Assembly: GCA_963755025.1 (NCBI GenBank)
Contig: CAVWIH010000034.1
Coordinates: 137,826 to 201,825, forward strand
From: an uncultured Actinomycetes bacterium
Lineage (GTDB): Bacteria; Actinomycetota; Thermoleophilia; UBA2241
Direction of reading: 5' to 3'
Length of the DNA stretch: 64,000 nt
Shown: one piece after another, positions 29,427 to 39,611 of the stretch
How the letters are laid out: each line of letters starts with the position of its first letter
How positions within the stretch are numbered: position 1 is the stretch's first letter
The notes under the pieces: model-generated
What the model was told of the DNA's origin: nothing
Databases searched by the model: none
The model's input: only the letters and a program-made list of their open reading frames with translations
Made by a program: the position numbers and the translations under genes

Positions 29427-29838
29427 TCGCCTACGTCGACTCTTCGGTGTTCTTACGCTTCGTGCTCGAGCAACCCGACCGGTTGACCAAGCTCGACGTC
29501 TACGACCGCTTGGTCACGTCGGTCCTTGCCGAGGTCGAGTGTCTACGTGCGGTCGAGAACCTGCGCCTGACGCGCCCCATGGCGGACGACGAGTATCTGG
29601 CTCGGCGCCGGGGCGTCTACGACAAGCTGCGGCGGGCCGAACGGGTCTTCATCACGCCGAGATCCTCGCGCGTGCGTCGGGGCCTTTGCCCGGCTCGCTG
29701 CGTACGCTCGACGCCATCCACCTGGCGACCGGCCTCGAATGGCGCGGCCACCGCGAGCCCTCGCTTTCGTTCGCGACGCACGACACGAGGCTGGCCGGCG
29801 TTGCCGCGGCCTTCGGCTTCGAAGTCATCGGGGCCTGA
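29423..29838 (+). CDS. vapC: VapC/PIN-domain toxin (frameshift near 29660)
   Basis: MIAYVDSSVFLR, SVLAEVE, then LRTLDAIHLAT and FATHDTRL; GTGA overlap with the antitoxin. Confidence 0.88.
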
Positions 29839-30068
29839 GCTCGCACCTCTCGGGGAACAGCGTGAAAGCTATTTGCGCTTCAGCCAGGCTTGTTGCGTTC
29901 GAGTGCGCGGCCGTGGCGCTCGCGGTGCAGTCGACTGGAGGTTGGGTGGTGGACGTTTGCCTATGATCATTGACGGTTCGCCGGGCCATTCAGATACTGA
30001 CGACGCGGCTTCGTTCGTCCGGTCCGACCGGCGTACAATCTCCGGCAGGCGACTGCCGGAGGCGAAAG

Positions 30069-30278
30069 GTGATCGTCATCTTCACGATAGAGACAGAGCA
30101 AGAAGTCGACGACCGCTGGCTCGCCGAAGTGCTCGAGTTGCCGGGCGTAGTCGCCTACGGATCGACCAGTGACGAAGCGGTCGCCCGCGCTCAGGCGCTG
30201 GCCCTGCGCGTCGTGGCCGACCGTCTCGAGCACAACGAAGCCGACGGCTTCATCACGATCTCCTTCAACGCGGCGTAG
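30069..30278 (+). CDS. hicB: HicB-family antitoxin (short, no DNA-binding domain)
   Basis: EQEVDDRWLAEVLELPGVVAYGSTSDEAVARAQALALRVVADRLEH. Confidence 0.87.
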   Translation: MIVIFTIETEQEVDDRWLAEVLELPGVVAYGSTSDEAVARAQALALRVVADRLEHNEADGFITISFNAA

Positions 30279-30280
30279 TC

Positions 30281-30493
30281 GTGACCCAGTGGCCGAGCAC
30301 TCGCGCTCGGCTGGTGCTCGCGGCGTTGCTCCGCAACGGATGGTCGATCAAGCGCCAGACGGGCTCACACAAGACCCTTTCGCGCGACGGTTGGCCGGAT
30401 CTCGTATTCGCGTTCCACGACAACGACGAGATCGGTCCGCGCATGCTGGCGCGTTTGGGCAAGCACAGCGGGTTGCGGCCCGAGGACTTGTGA
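30281..30493 (+). CDS. hicA: HicA-family toxin (mRNA interferase)
   Basis: LLRNGWSIKRQTGSHKTL...FHDNDEIGPRMLARL. Confidence 0.9.
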   Translation: MTQWPSTRARLVLAALLRNGWSIKRQTGSHKTLSRDGWPDLVFAFHDNDEIGPRMLARLGKHSGLRPEDL

Positions 30494-30527
30494 GGGACCA
30501 GTCGGCTTCGTCGCGCCGGGCTCGCGC

Positions 30528-32537
30528 CTACGAGCTCAGGACCCTTACACCGCACTCCTGCAGCCACGCTGCGGTCTGGTCGAGCTGGGTCATTGGTGGC
30601 ACGTAGATGATTGCGCAGTCGCGGCCACGGGTGAGTAGTACCCGGTAGGCGTTGAGCCGCAAGTTGAATGGGTCGCGAACATGAGCCGCCCGAGCGTGGC
30701 GCTTGGCCCACGCGTTCGACCAGCGTTTGTCGTCGCGCACAAGGTCGGTGCCCCAGGCGAGCAGCGCGCCGTCCAGTTCCAGGCCTTGGGCCCCGAACTC
30801 CGTGACGCAATCGCGAAGGTGGCGGCAGGAGCGGCCGCTGTCGCGTTCGCCATCGCCGTACCATGGACCGAGCTGCACGCGGCGCGTCGAGTGCCAGTCG
30901 TTGAAAACGCCCCAACCCTCAAGAGCCTTGTCTCGAGATGAAGCAACGAGTCCGAACCGGGCGTCTGGCGCTTCTGCGTAGCGATTGCGAAGGTAGGCAC
31001 GCGCCGTCTCGAGGTCGCGGGTCATGCGCAGGTGGTAGGCCTGCGCTTCGAGGCGCTCGGCCAGTTCGCGACACTGAGCCGAGATGGCGTTCGCCTCGAC
31101 GGTGCGCACATCATCGGGCCAGGTGCGATCATCGCTGAGCAGCCCGTCGACCCAAGCGTCGAGATCCGAGCAGAAGTGGAAGCGCAGCTCAACGCGAAGG
31201 TCGAGTTCGGCCGAGCTCTGCAACGGGCCCGGCAGGAGTGCGCCATTCTCATCGGCTCCCGCGAAGACCTCATCGAGCACATGTTGCGGGGCGTGCACTG
31301 TCCAGCCGCCGGGCTGGCTGCCCTCGATCAGCGCTCTGCGCCACTGACCCAGGCCGGCCTCCTCGCCGACGTGGATTTCCTGGCCCGAGCCAATGAGCCC
31401 GACCAGCACGCACCACTCCGGAATGCGCTCACCGAACTCCACGAAGGCCTGGGGTTCCGACATCGGGGAGGCGAAGGCATGTTTGGCGGCTACCTGCGCC
31501 TCGTCCCAGGCTCGCTGGGCCTCGTCGTAGACGATGACGTGTTGTGGCGGCACTGCCGCTTTGTCGCCGAGGTACTGTTTCACGTAGTTCTTGACGTCGC
31601 GCACGAAGGTCTTGCCGCCACCGCCGGCGTCGCGCAGTTCGTACTGCAGCACCTGCACGAGCGGGCCGTTCCCGGACAGGAAGATGGCGGGCGCCGGCGG
31701 CTTGCCGCCGGCGCGCTCGACGGCCAGGTCGTCGAGCGCAGGGTTGTGGACTGCACTGAGGCCGACGAGTGTCTTTCCAGAGCCCGGCACGCCGGTGACC
31801 AGAACGAGGTGCCGCGTGTGCGTTTGCGCCGCCTCGTGGGCGATGCGGGCGATTTCGTCGATTGCCGGCTGCGTCTCCGCGTGCGCTCGGTGGATCGGGC
31901 GGATCTTGCCATCCAAAAAGAGCTCGCGCGCCGCTTGGACGAGCGTAGGGAGGGGGCAATAGGCGTCGCGCGTGAGGAACTCGTCGGCGGTGAGTGGGCC
32001 GTCGGCCCAAGGGCGCTGCATTTGCTGGATGAGCTCGTGCAGCCCGTCCGGCCCACAGATGCGGACGCCGTCGCGCGTGCCTACGTAGCCATGCGCCCGC
32101 GTCGGAACGACTACCGCGTGTACCTCGCGCTCGGCACAATGCTTGTGGTAGCAGCGCAGGTCGCGCGCGTAGGCGGCCGCCTGATCGAGGTCCGCCTGCT
32201 CCGGTTCGGCCTTGCCCTTCAACTCGAGTACGACGATCGCCCCGCTGACGAGCAAGATGACGTCTGGCCGCCGCGACTCGAGCGGCAACTCGTACTCGAG
32301 GATGGCGGTGTAGGTGTCCGCGAGGTCGTCGACGATCACGACTTCGCCGACTTCGTGCTGCAGCTTGGGGATCGAGTCGTCCCAAGCGAAGACCTGCGAC
32401 TCGCTTACGTCGGCGAGGAAGTTCTCAAGGTCGACGCGGATTATCCTCGACGCGGTCTTGGAGAAGGTGGGGAAGTCGCTCTGCCAGCCGTAGCGGGCGC
32501 GGATCGAGCCGGTTGGTTCGATCACGTCAGATGCCAT
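30528..32537 (-). CDS. DUF2075 (Schlafen group 3 helicase-like) protein with N-terminal PD-(D/E)xK nuclease-like domain
   Basis: RRPDVILL...VLELKG; Walker A GVPGSGKT; Walker B IVYDEAQR; TEFGAQGLELD; NAYRVLLTRGR. Confidence 0.88.
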   Translation of the reverse strand: MASDVIEPTGSIRARYGWQSDFPTFSKTASRIIRVDLENFLADVSESQVFAWDDSIPKLQHEVGEVVIVDDLADTYTAILEYELPLESRRPDVILLVSGAIVVLELKGKAEPEQADLDQAAAYARDLRCYHKHCAEREVHAVVVPTRAHGYVGTRDGVRICGPDGLHELIQQMQRPWADGPLTADEFLTRDAYCPLPTLVQAARELFLDGKIRPIHRAHAETQPAIDEIARIAHEAAQTHTRHLVLVTGVPGSGKTLVGLSAVHNPALDDLAVERAGGKPPAPAIFLSGNGPLVQVLQYELRDAGGGGKTFVRDVKNYVKQYLGDKAAVPPQHVIVYDEAQRAWDEAQVAAKHAFASPMSEPQAFVEFGERIPEWCVLVGLIGSGQEIHVGEEAGLGQWRRALIEGSQPGGWTVHAPQHVLDEVFAGADENGALLPGPLQSSAELDLRVELRFHFCSDLDAWVDGLLSDDRTWPDDVRTVEANAISAQCRELAERLEAQAYHLRMTRDLETARAYLRNRYAEAPDARFGLVASSRDKALEGWGVFNDWHSTRRVQLGPWYGDGERDSGRSCRHLRDCVTEFGAQGLELDGALLAWGTDLVRDDKRWSNAWAKRHARAAHVRDPFNLRLNAYRVLLTRGRDCAIIYVPPMTQLDQTAAWLQECGVRVLSS

Positions 32538-32637
32538 CGGTCTTGGGCGGGAAGTCACAGGGCGGATACTAGGTGACGATGGTCGCATGCGCCAGGGCTT
32601 TCTGGCAGTGTTTGCGGGTCGCGGGAGCCGTGCCGTC

Positions 32638-32646
32638 TGCTAGAAT
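32638..32646 (+). promoter_or_regulatory. extended -10 element of thrS
   Basis: TGcTAGAAT about 60 nt upstream of the ATG at 32707. Confidence 0.55.
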
Positions 32647-32706
32647 TCACCGGTCAACAGCCCCCGCAACGTGCGCGGGCGCGAGCGTAAAAGGACCGGT
32701 GCTGCC

Positions 32707-34640
32707 ATGCCCATCCACGTCACCCTGCCCGACGGCTCCCCTCTCGAACTCCCCGATGGCGCGACCGCGCTCGACGGCGCGCAGGCGATCGGGCCGCGGC
32801 TCGCCCGGGCGGCCGTGGCGGCCGCCGTCAACGGCGAGCCCGCCGACTTGAGCCGCGAGCTCCACGAAGGCGATCAGCTCGCCATCGTCACTCCCGACTC
32901 GCCGGCCGGCGTCGACGTGCTGCGCCACGACGCGGCGCACGTGCTCGCCCAGGCCGTCGCTGCGCCTGTGGCCCGACACCGAGTACGCCATCGGGCCGAC
33001 CATCGAGAACGGCTTCTACTACGACTTCCGCTTCGCCGAGCCGGTCTCCGACACCGAGTTCCCGCGCATCGAGGCCGAGATGGCCAAGATCGTCGCCGAG
33101 AACCTGCCGGTCGCCCGCCAGGAGCTGCCCCGCGCCGAGGCGCGCGCGCTCTTTGCCGCCAAGAACCAGCCCTTCAAGGTCGAGCTCATCGACGACCTGC
33201 CCGACGAGCAGACCATCAGCATCTACACCCAGGGCGAGTTCACCGACCTCTGCCGCGGGCCGCACCTGCCCAGCACCGGGCGCCTCGGCAAGAACACCTA
33301 CAAGCTCACCAGCCTGGCCGGCGCCTACTGGCGCGGCGACGAGCACAACGCTCAGCTCACCCGCAGTCTACGGCACCGCCTTCGCCAAAAAGGAGGAGCT
33401 GGCCGCCCACCTCGAGGCCCTCGAGATGGCGCGCCAGCGCGACCACCGCCGCATAGGTCGCGACCTCGACCTCTTCAGCTTTCACGAGGAGGGCCCCGGC
33501 TTTCCCTTCTTCCACGCGCGCGGCATGCGCCTGTGGAACGCCATCATCGACTACTGGCGCGACGAGCACGTGAAGGCCGGTTACGAGGAGATCCGCACCC
33601 CCATGATCCTGCGCCGCGAGCTCTGGGAGCGCAGCGGCCACTGGGAGAACTACAAAGACAACATGTACTTCACCGAGATCGACGGCTCGCCGTTTGCCAT
33701 CAAGCCCATGAACTGCCCCGGCGGCCTGCTCATCTACAAGAGCCGCCGCCGCAGCTACCGCGACCTGCCGCTGCGCATGGCCGAGCTCGGCCAGGTGCAC
33801 CGCCACGAGATGAGCGGCGTGCTGCACGGCCTGTTCCGCGTGCGCTACTTCACCCAGGACGACGCCCACATCTACTGCACCCCCGAGCAGCTCGAAGACG
33901 AGGTGCGCGGCGTGCTGCGCTTCATGTTGCACATGTACGCCGCCTTCGGCTTCAGCGACGTGCGCATCGAGCTCTCGACCCGGCCCGACAAGTCGATCGG
34001 CACCGACGAGATGTGGGCCGGCGCCGAGGGCGCCCTCACCAACGTGCTCAAGAGCGAGGATATCGACTACCAGCTGAACCCCGGCGACGGCGCCTTCTAC
34101 GGCCCCAAGATCGACTTTCACATTCGCGACGTCATGGGCCGCACCTGGCAGTGCGGCACCATCCAGGTCGACTACGGCATGCCCGAGCGCCTCGACATCA
34201 CCTACACCGGCGCCGACAACGAGGAGCATCGCCCCGTGATGGTGCACCGCGCCCTGCTGGGCTCGATCGAGCGCTTCATGGGCATCCTGCTCGAGCACTA
34301 CGGCGGCAACCTGCCGACCTGGCTCGCGCCGGTGCAGGCGCTGGTGTTGCCGGTCAGCGACCGCCACGCCGGTTACGCCGCGGGCGTGGCCGAGGCGCTG
34401 CGCGTGGCCGGCCTGCGCGCCGAGCTCGACGACCGCTCCGAGAGCGTGGGCAAGCGCATCCGCGACGGTCAGTTGCAGAAGGTGCCGTACCTGCTGGTCG
34501 TCGGCGACCGCGAGCAGGAGGCGCGCGCGGTCGCCGTGCGCGCCCGCGGCGACGAGACCGGCGCCGTGCCCATCGAGCAGTTCATCGCCGAGGTGACCGC
34601 CGAGGTCGCCGAGCGGCGGCTGCCGGCGGCGGCCGGCTGA
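32707..34640 (+). CDS. thrS: threonine--tRNA ligase (frameshifts near 32958 and 33365)
   Basis: TGS domain, LRHDAAHVLAQAV, DLCRGPH, RDHRRIG, KPMNCPG, RVRYFTQDDAH, GAFYGPKID, HRALLGSIERF. Confidence 0.96.
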
Positions 34641-34665
34641 GCGCCGCGCAGGGGCAGGGGACAGC

Positions 34666-35539
34666 GTGAACGACGAGCCGCGGGACGAGAGCGAGTCTCG
34701 ACGGCGCGAACGCGAGCCGGCCCGAGTACGGCAACTGGGTGTCCACCCGGTTCGTCGTGGGGCCGGTGATCGGTGCGGCCCTCTTTCTCGCGCTGGCCAT
34801 CGCGGCCCGCGTGTTCCGCGTCGACTGGCTGTTCTTCGTGCAGCTCGGTGCAGCCGTGCTGGTGGCGCTCATCGGCGTCTACTTCGCCTACGCGCGCCGC
34901 CTGCTCGCCGCCGACGACGGCGAGATCCAGGCGCGCGTGCAGCAGCTCGTGCTCGACCACCTCGCTTGGGACGGCCGCGCGGGCGGCGCCTCGGGCGACG
35001 TTGCCGCCGCCTCAGGCACCGATGCCCCGGGCGACGCCCTCGACATCGGCTGCGGCAACGGGCCGCTCACCATCGCCCTGGCCAAACGGTACCCCGGCGC
35101 CCACGTGACCGGCATCGACTTCTGGGGCGAAAGCTGGGAGTACTCGCAAGACGTCTGCGAGACCAACGCGGCAAGCCAGGGCGTGGGCGAGCGCACGACC
35201 TTCGAGCCGGCCAGCGCCGTCGAGCTGCCCTTCGCCGACGGCAGCTTCGCCGCGGTGGTCAGCAACCTCTGCTTTCACGAGGTGCGCGACGCCCGCGACA
35301 AGCGCGAGCTGCTACGCGAGGCGCTGCGCGTGCTCGAGCCCGGCGGCGCCTTCGCCTTTCAGGACCTCTTTCGCCTGAAGGGCCCGTTCGGCCCGGTCGA
35401 CGATCTCGTGGCCACGGTGCGCGGCTGGGGCATACAATCGGTCGAATACCTCGACACCGGCGCCTCCGACTTCATTCCAAAGGCGCTACGCCTGCCCTTC
35501 ATGGTGGGCAGTATGGGAGTCCTGCATGGCACGAAATAA
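34666..35539 (+). CDS. membrane-anchored class I SAM methyltransferase (5' frameshift likely)
   Basis: PEYGNWVS start region, two TM helices, ALDIGCGNG, LPFADGSFAAVVSNLCFHEV, ALRVLEPGG. Confidence 0.85.
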
Positions 35540-36971
35540 CGGCAGCTTGTGGCGCCGCGCGCAAAGTGACCAGCATCCGCAGACGCCGCCAGTCGGCGCG
35601 CGCAGCTACTGGCTCGACGAAGCCTTGGCCGCCGACCCCGGCGCGCCCTGCCCACCGCTCACCGGGGCCGTCACGGCCGACGTCTGCATCGTCGGCGGCG
35701 GCTTCGCCGGTCTCTGGACGGCCTACGAGCTCACCGAACGCGAGCCGGGCCTCGACGTCGTGCTGCTCGAAGCCACGGTCTGCGGCGCCGGCGGCAGCGG
35801 CGCCAACGGCGGCTTCTTCTCGTCGTCGTGGATGTTCACCGGCGAGCTTTGCCGGCGCCTCGGGGTCGACGCCGGCCTGCGCTGGGCGACGGCGCTCGGC
35901 GACCAGGTCGCCGAGCTCGGCAGCTGGTGCGAGCGCCACCACGCCGACATCGCGTTCCACCACGAAGGCATCCTCTACGGCCAGGCCGGCGAGTGGCAGA
36001 CGGGCCCCGACCGCGAGGCGCTGGCCCTGCTCGAGCGCCACGGTCTGGGCGACCGGCTGCGCGCGGTCGACGCCGCCGAAGCGCGGCGAGTCGCAGACTC
36101 GCCGCGCCTGGGCGGCGGCGTCTTCACCCCCGACCTGGCCACGGTGCAGCCCGCCCGCCTGGCGCGCGAGCTGCGCCGCGTCGTGCTCGAGCGCGGCGTG
36201 CGCATCTGCGAGGGCTCGCGCATGGTGGCCCTGCGCCACGGCGCGCCGGCCATGGTCGAGACCGCCGGCGGCGCGGTGCGCGCCGCCCAGGTCGTGCTCA
36301 CGCACGGCGCCTGGGCGGCCGCCGAGCGCGAGTTCGCTCGCGCCTTCGCCGTGGGCATCGAATACATGGTCGTCACCGAGCCCATCCCCGAGCTGCTGGC
36401 GCAGATCGGCTGGACGAGCCACGCCGGCCTGGCCGATCGCCGCGAGATGCTCTACTACCTGCGCCGCACGAGCGACGACCGCATCGCCTTGGGCGGCGGC
36501 GGCATGGGGCTGGCCTTCGGCGGCAACATCGCCGGGCGCGTGCTCGCCTCGCAGCGCCTCGCCGGAGTTGCCGCCCACGGCCTCGTCTGGCTGTTCCCGC
36601 AGCTTGCCGGCGTGCGCTTCGAGCACGCCTGGAGCGGCCCCATGGACATGACCAAGTCGGGCCTGCCGTCGTTCTTCACGCTGCCCGGGGGCAACGTGCA
36701 CGCCGGCCTCGGCTTCTCGGGCCACGGCCTGAGCGCGACCAAGGTGGGCGGCAAGATCCTCGCGTCGCTCGTGCTCGAGCACGACGACGAGTGGGTCCAC
36801 CTGCCGGTGGTCGGTCCGCCCACGCTGCTGCCGCCCGAGCCGCTGCGCTGGCCCATGGTGCGCATGGCCGAGTGGGCCTACGAGTCGAGCGACCGGGCGG
36901 CCGAGCGCGGCGCGGCGCAGCCGCGGGTGGCCGGCGCAGTCAGAGCGATCGTCGAACGGTACACGAGGTGA
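35526..36971 (+). CDS. FAD-dependent oxidoreductase (DAO/PuuB-like)
   Basis: RSYWL, DVCIVGGGFAGLWTA, GGSGANGGF, VQPARLAR, AWSGPMD, GFSGHG. Confidence 0.9.
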   Translation: MARNNGSLWRRAQSDQHPQTPPVGARSYWLDEALAADPGAPCPPLTGAVTADVCIVGGGFAGLWTAYELTEREPGLDVVLLEATVCGAGGSGANGGFFSSSWMFTGELCRRLGVDAGLRWATALGDQVAELGSWCERHHADIAFHHEGILYGQAGEWQTGPDREALALLERHGLGDRLRAVDAAEARRVADSPRLGGGVFTPDLATVQPARLARELRRVVLERGVRICEGSRMVALRHGAPAMVETAGGAVRAAQVVLTHGAWAAAEREFARAFAVGIEYMVVTEPIPELLAQIGWTSHAGLADRREMLYYLRRTSDDRIALGGGGMGLAFGGNIAGRVLASQRLAGVAAHGLVWLFPQLAGVRFEHAWSGPMDMTKSGLPSFFTLPGGNVHAGLGFSGHGLSATKVGGKILASLVLEHDDEWVHLPVVGPPTLLPPEPLRWPMVRMAEWAYESSDRAAERGAAQPRVAGAVRAIVERYTR

Positions 36972-37570
36972 GCAACGGCGCCGCCAACCGCGTCTACGAC
37001 AACGCGGCGCTCGGCGTGCGCTTCGAGATCGACGACTCGTTCGTCGACGGGTCGGTCGTCGAGACCGCCGTCGACGCCCCCGGCAACGTGCAGTCCACCT
37101 ATCTCGCGGCGCGCGGCCGCGAGGGCTCGCAGGCCATGCTGTCCATCTCCCGCGTCGAGGTCGGCTACGACACCTCGCCCCACGAGCTCGCCGAGCAGCT
37201 CGTCATTCACAACCGCTACGCGGCGCACACCGCCGAGCAGCACGGCTGGACCATCCACTCGCCGTGGAAGGCCACCATGCTGAGCGGCTACCCGGCCATG
37301 CACTGCGACTACGTGGTGCCCGAGCCGGCCACTCGGCCGGAGCCGGCCGACGAGCCGGCGCTGCCCTTCGCGCCGCCCGCCGGCGAGCCCTCGGCGCCGG
37401 GTCATCTGCAGGCCTGGGTGGTCTACGCCGGGCGCACCACCTACCAGCTCACCTTCAGCGTGAACCCGCCCGGCGACCTCACGCGCAACCGCGCCGTCGC
37501 CGAAGACGTGGTGCGCACGCTGCAGATCAGCCCCGGCACGCGCGGGGGCTCGGCCACCGTCACGCGATGA
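36968..37570 (+). CDS. hypothetical protein
   Basis: GTGA-coupled to the upstream gene; protein-like tail of ORF 35828..37570 with GC3-biased codons. Confidence 0.65.
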   Translation: MSNGAANRVYDNAALGVRFEIDDSFVDGSVVETAVDAPGNVQSTYLAARGREGSQAMLSISRVEVGYDTSPHELAEQLVIHNRYAAHTAEQHGWTIHSPWKATMLSGYPAMHCDYVVPEPATRPEPADEPALPFAPPAGEPSAPGHLQAWVVYAGRTTYQLTFSVNPPGDLTRNRAVAEDVVRTLQISPGTRGGSATVTR

Positions 37571-37616
37571 GCCCCGGGCTGCGCGAATTCCGTTCCGCGC
37601 CGACCTTCGGCCGGCG

Positions 37617-38396
37617 ATGAGCGCCGAGTTGCGTCGGCAGCCCATCCGCTACGAAGACGTCGGCGCCGCCTACGGACGCACCCGGCAGCCCGATCCGCGC
37701 ATCGCGCGGCGCATCCGCGCCGCGCTCGGCGACGCGCGCACTGTGGTCAACGTGGGCGCCGGCCTGGGCTCGTACGAGCCCGCCGACCTCGAGGTCACGG
37801 CGGTCGAGCCGGCGGCGGCCATGATCGCGGCGCGGCCCCCGGGCGCCTCGCCCTGCGTGCGCGCCACCGCGCAGGCGCTGCCCTTTGCCGACGACAGCTT
37901 CGACGCCGCCATGGCCGTGCTCACCATGCAGCACTGGCCCGACGTGCCCGCCGGCCTGCGCGAGCTGGCTCGGGTCGCCCGCCGCCGCATCGTGCTGTTC
38001 ACCTGGGATCCCGGCGTGACCGACCGCCTCTGGCTCACCAACGACTACATCACCACGCTGCGCGACCGCGACTGGGCGATCTTTCCGACCATGCAGACGA
38101 TCGCCGCGGCGCTCGCGCCCTGGCGGGTGGCCGTGGAGACGGTGCCCGTGCCGCACGACTGCGCCGACGGCTTTCTGGGCGCCTACTGGCGGCGCCCCGC
38201 GGCCTATCTCGACCCCGTCGTGCAGCAGGGCATCTCGAGCTTTGTCGAGCTCGGCGACGCGACGCTCGCTCCGCACCTGGCGCGCCTCGCCGCCGACCTC
38301 GAGAGCGGCGAGTGGCGGCGCCGCTACGCGCACCTGCTCGAGCTCGACGAAATGGACCTGGCCTACCGCATCGTGACGGCCTCGCCAAGCGAGTAG
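37617..38396 (+). CDS. class I SAM-dependent methyltransferase
   Basis: TRQPDPRIA, VVNVGAGLGSYEP, LPFADDSFDAAMAVLTMQHW, DCADGFLGAYWRRP. Confidence 0.92.
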   Translation: MSAELRRQPIRYEDVGAAYGRTRQPDPRIARRIRAALGDARTVVNVGAGLGSYEPADLEVTAVEPAAAMIAARPPGASPCVRATAQALPFADDSFDAAMAVLTMQHWPDVPAGLRELARVARRRIVLFTWDPGVTDRLWLTNDYITTLRDRDWAIFPTMQTIAAALAPWRVAVETVPVPHDCADGFLGAYWRRPAAYLDPVVQQGISSFVELGDATLAPHLARLAADLESGEWRRRYAHLLELDEMDLAYRIVTASPSE

Positions 38397-38440
38397 GGGC
38401 GGGGAGTGCCGACGCACCTCAGAAGGGAATGACCTTGCCA

Positions 38441-39111
38441 ATGAGCGACGCCAAGCAAGCGCCAGACAGTAGCGCCAGGCAAGCGCCCGACGTCATCGAG
38501 ACGGAGCGGCTCGTCGGCCGCCGCCTGACGGCGGCCGACGAGCCGCTCTTCCTGGCCTTTCACCGCGACCCGCGCGTCGTGTCGTGGCTGGGCGGCGGGG
38601 AAGAGGAGATCTCAGAAGCAGAGAACCGCGAGTGGCTCGACGAAAAGCTGGCGCACTGGGAACGCCACGGCTTTGGCCTGTACGCCTGGTTCGCGCGCGA
38701 ACCGGCCGACGCCGCGCAGAGCGGTTCGCCGGCAGCCGACGCGCCGGCCCCCGGATCGCCGCCCCGACCGCCCGCGCCGGTCGCCGCCCGGCACGTCTCA
38801 TCGGCCGCGCCGGCATCCACCAGGTCGACCCCGACGTCGGCGAGGTCGTGGGCGACCCGGCGGCCATCGAGCTCATGTACGCGCTGGCCTACGACGCCTG
38901 GGGCTACGGCTACGCGTCCGAGATCTCGCGGCGCCTGCTCGAGGTGGCCGCCGACGACCTGGGCCGCACCGAGATCATCGCCGACACGGTGCCCCACAAC
39001 GTGCGGTCGCGCCGGGTGATGGAGGGTCTGGGTTTCGTCTACGAGCGCGAGTTCTGGCACGACGACCACACCATGGTGCTCTACCGAAAGGCGCTATGCC
39101 CAAGGTCGTGA
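38441..39111 (+). CDS. RimJ/RimL-type GNAT acetyltransferase (frameshift near 38795)
   Basis: IETERLVGR, HWERHGFGLYAW, then IELMYAL, WGYGYASE, NVRSRRVMEGLGF. Confidence 0.85.
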
Positions 39112-39569
39112 GCGCCGGCCTGGTCATGTACCGGGTGCGCGACGAGCACCTCGAGGTCTTGCTCGCCCACCCCGGCGGGCCCTATTACGCGCACAAAGAC
39201 GAAGCGGTCTGGTCCATTCCCAAAGGCGAGGTGATCGTCGGCGAAGACCTGCTGGCCGCCGCCAAGCGCGAGTTCGCCGAAGAGACCGGGCTGCAGCCCT
39301 GGGGGCCGTACCTGGCGCTGGGCGCGGTGAAGTACAAAAACCACAAGGTCGTGCACGCCTGGGCCTTCGAGGGCGACTTCGACCCCGAGACGCTCGTCAG
39401 CAACACCTTCGAGCTCGAATGGCCGCGCCGCTCCGGCAATCTGCTGGAGATCCCCGAGATCGACCGGGCCGGCTGGTTCAGCCCCGTCGAGGCTCATCAG
39501 AAGATCGTCGCCGCGCAGCGCCGCTTTTTGTTCGACCTCGACGCCATCGTCGGCGTCGGGCGCTCCTAG
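39096..39569 (+). CDS. NUDIX hydrolase
   Basis: SAGLVMYR, LLAHPGGPY, WSIPKGE...AAKREFAEETG Nudix box. Confidence 0.92.
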   Translation: MPKVVSAGLVMYRVRDEHLEVLLAHPGGPYYAHKDEAVWSIPKGEVIVGEDLLAAAKREFAEETGLQPWGPYLALGAVKYKNHKVVHAWAFEGDFDPETLVSNTFELEWPRRSGNLLEIPEIDRAGWFSPVEAHQKIVAAQRRFLFDLDAIVGVGRS

Positions 39570-39611
39570 GGCAGTCGCGGCGCGGCCGCCTGCCCATCGC
39601 GCCTGCTCGCG

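Noticed and set aside
32590-32706. T-box leader for thrS (or for pheS)
   Set aside because: The leader after the extended -10 is only about 55 nt, with no T-box GGTGGNACC motif; pheS follows trmH directly.
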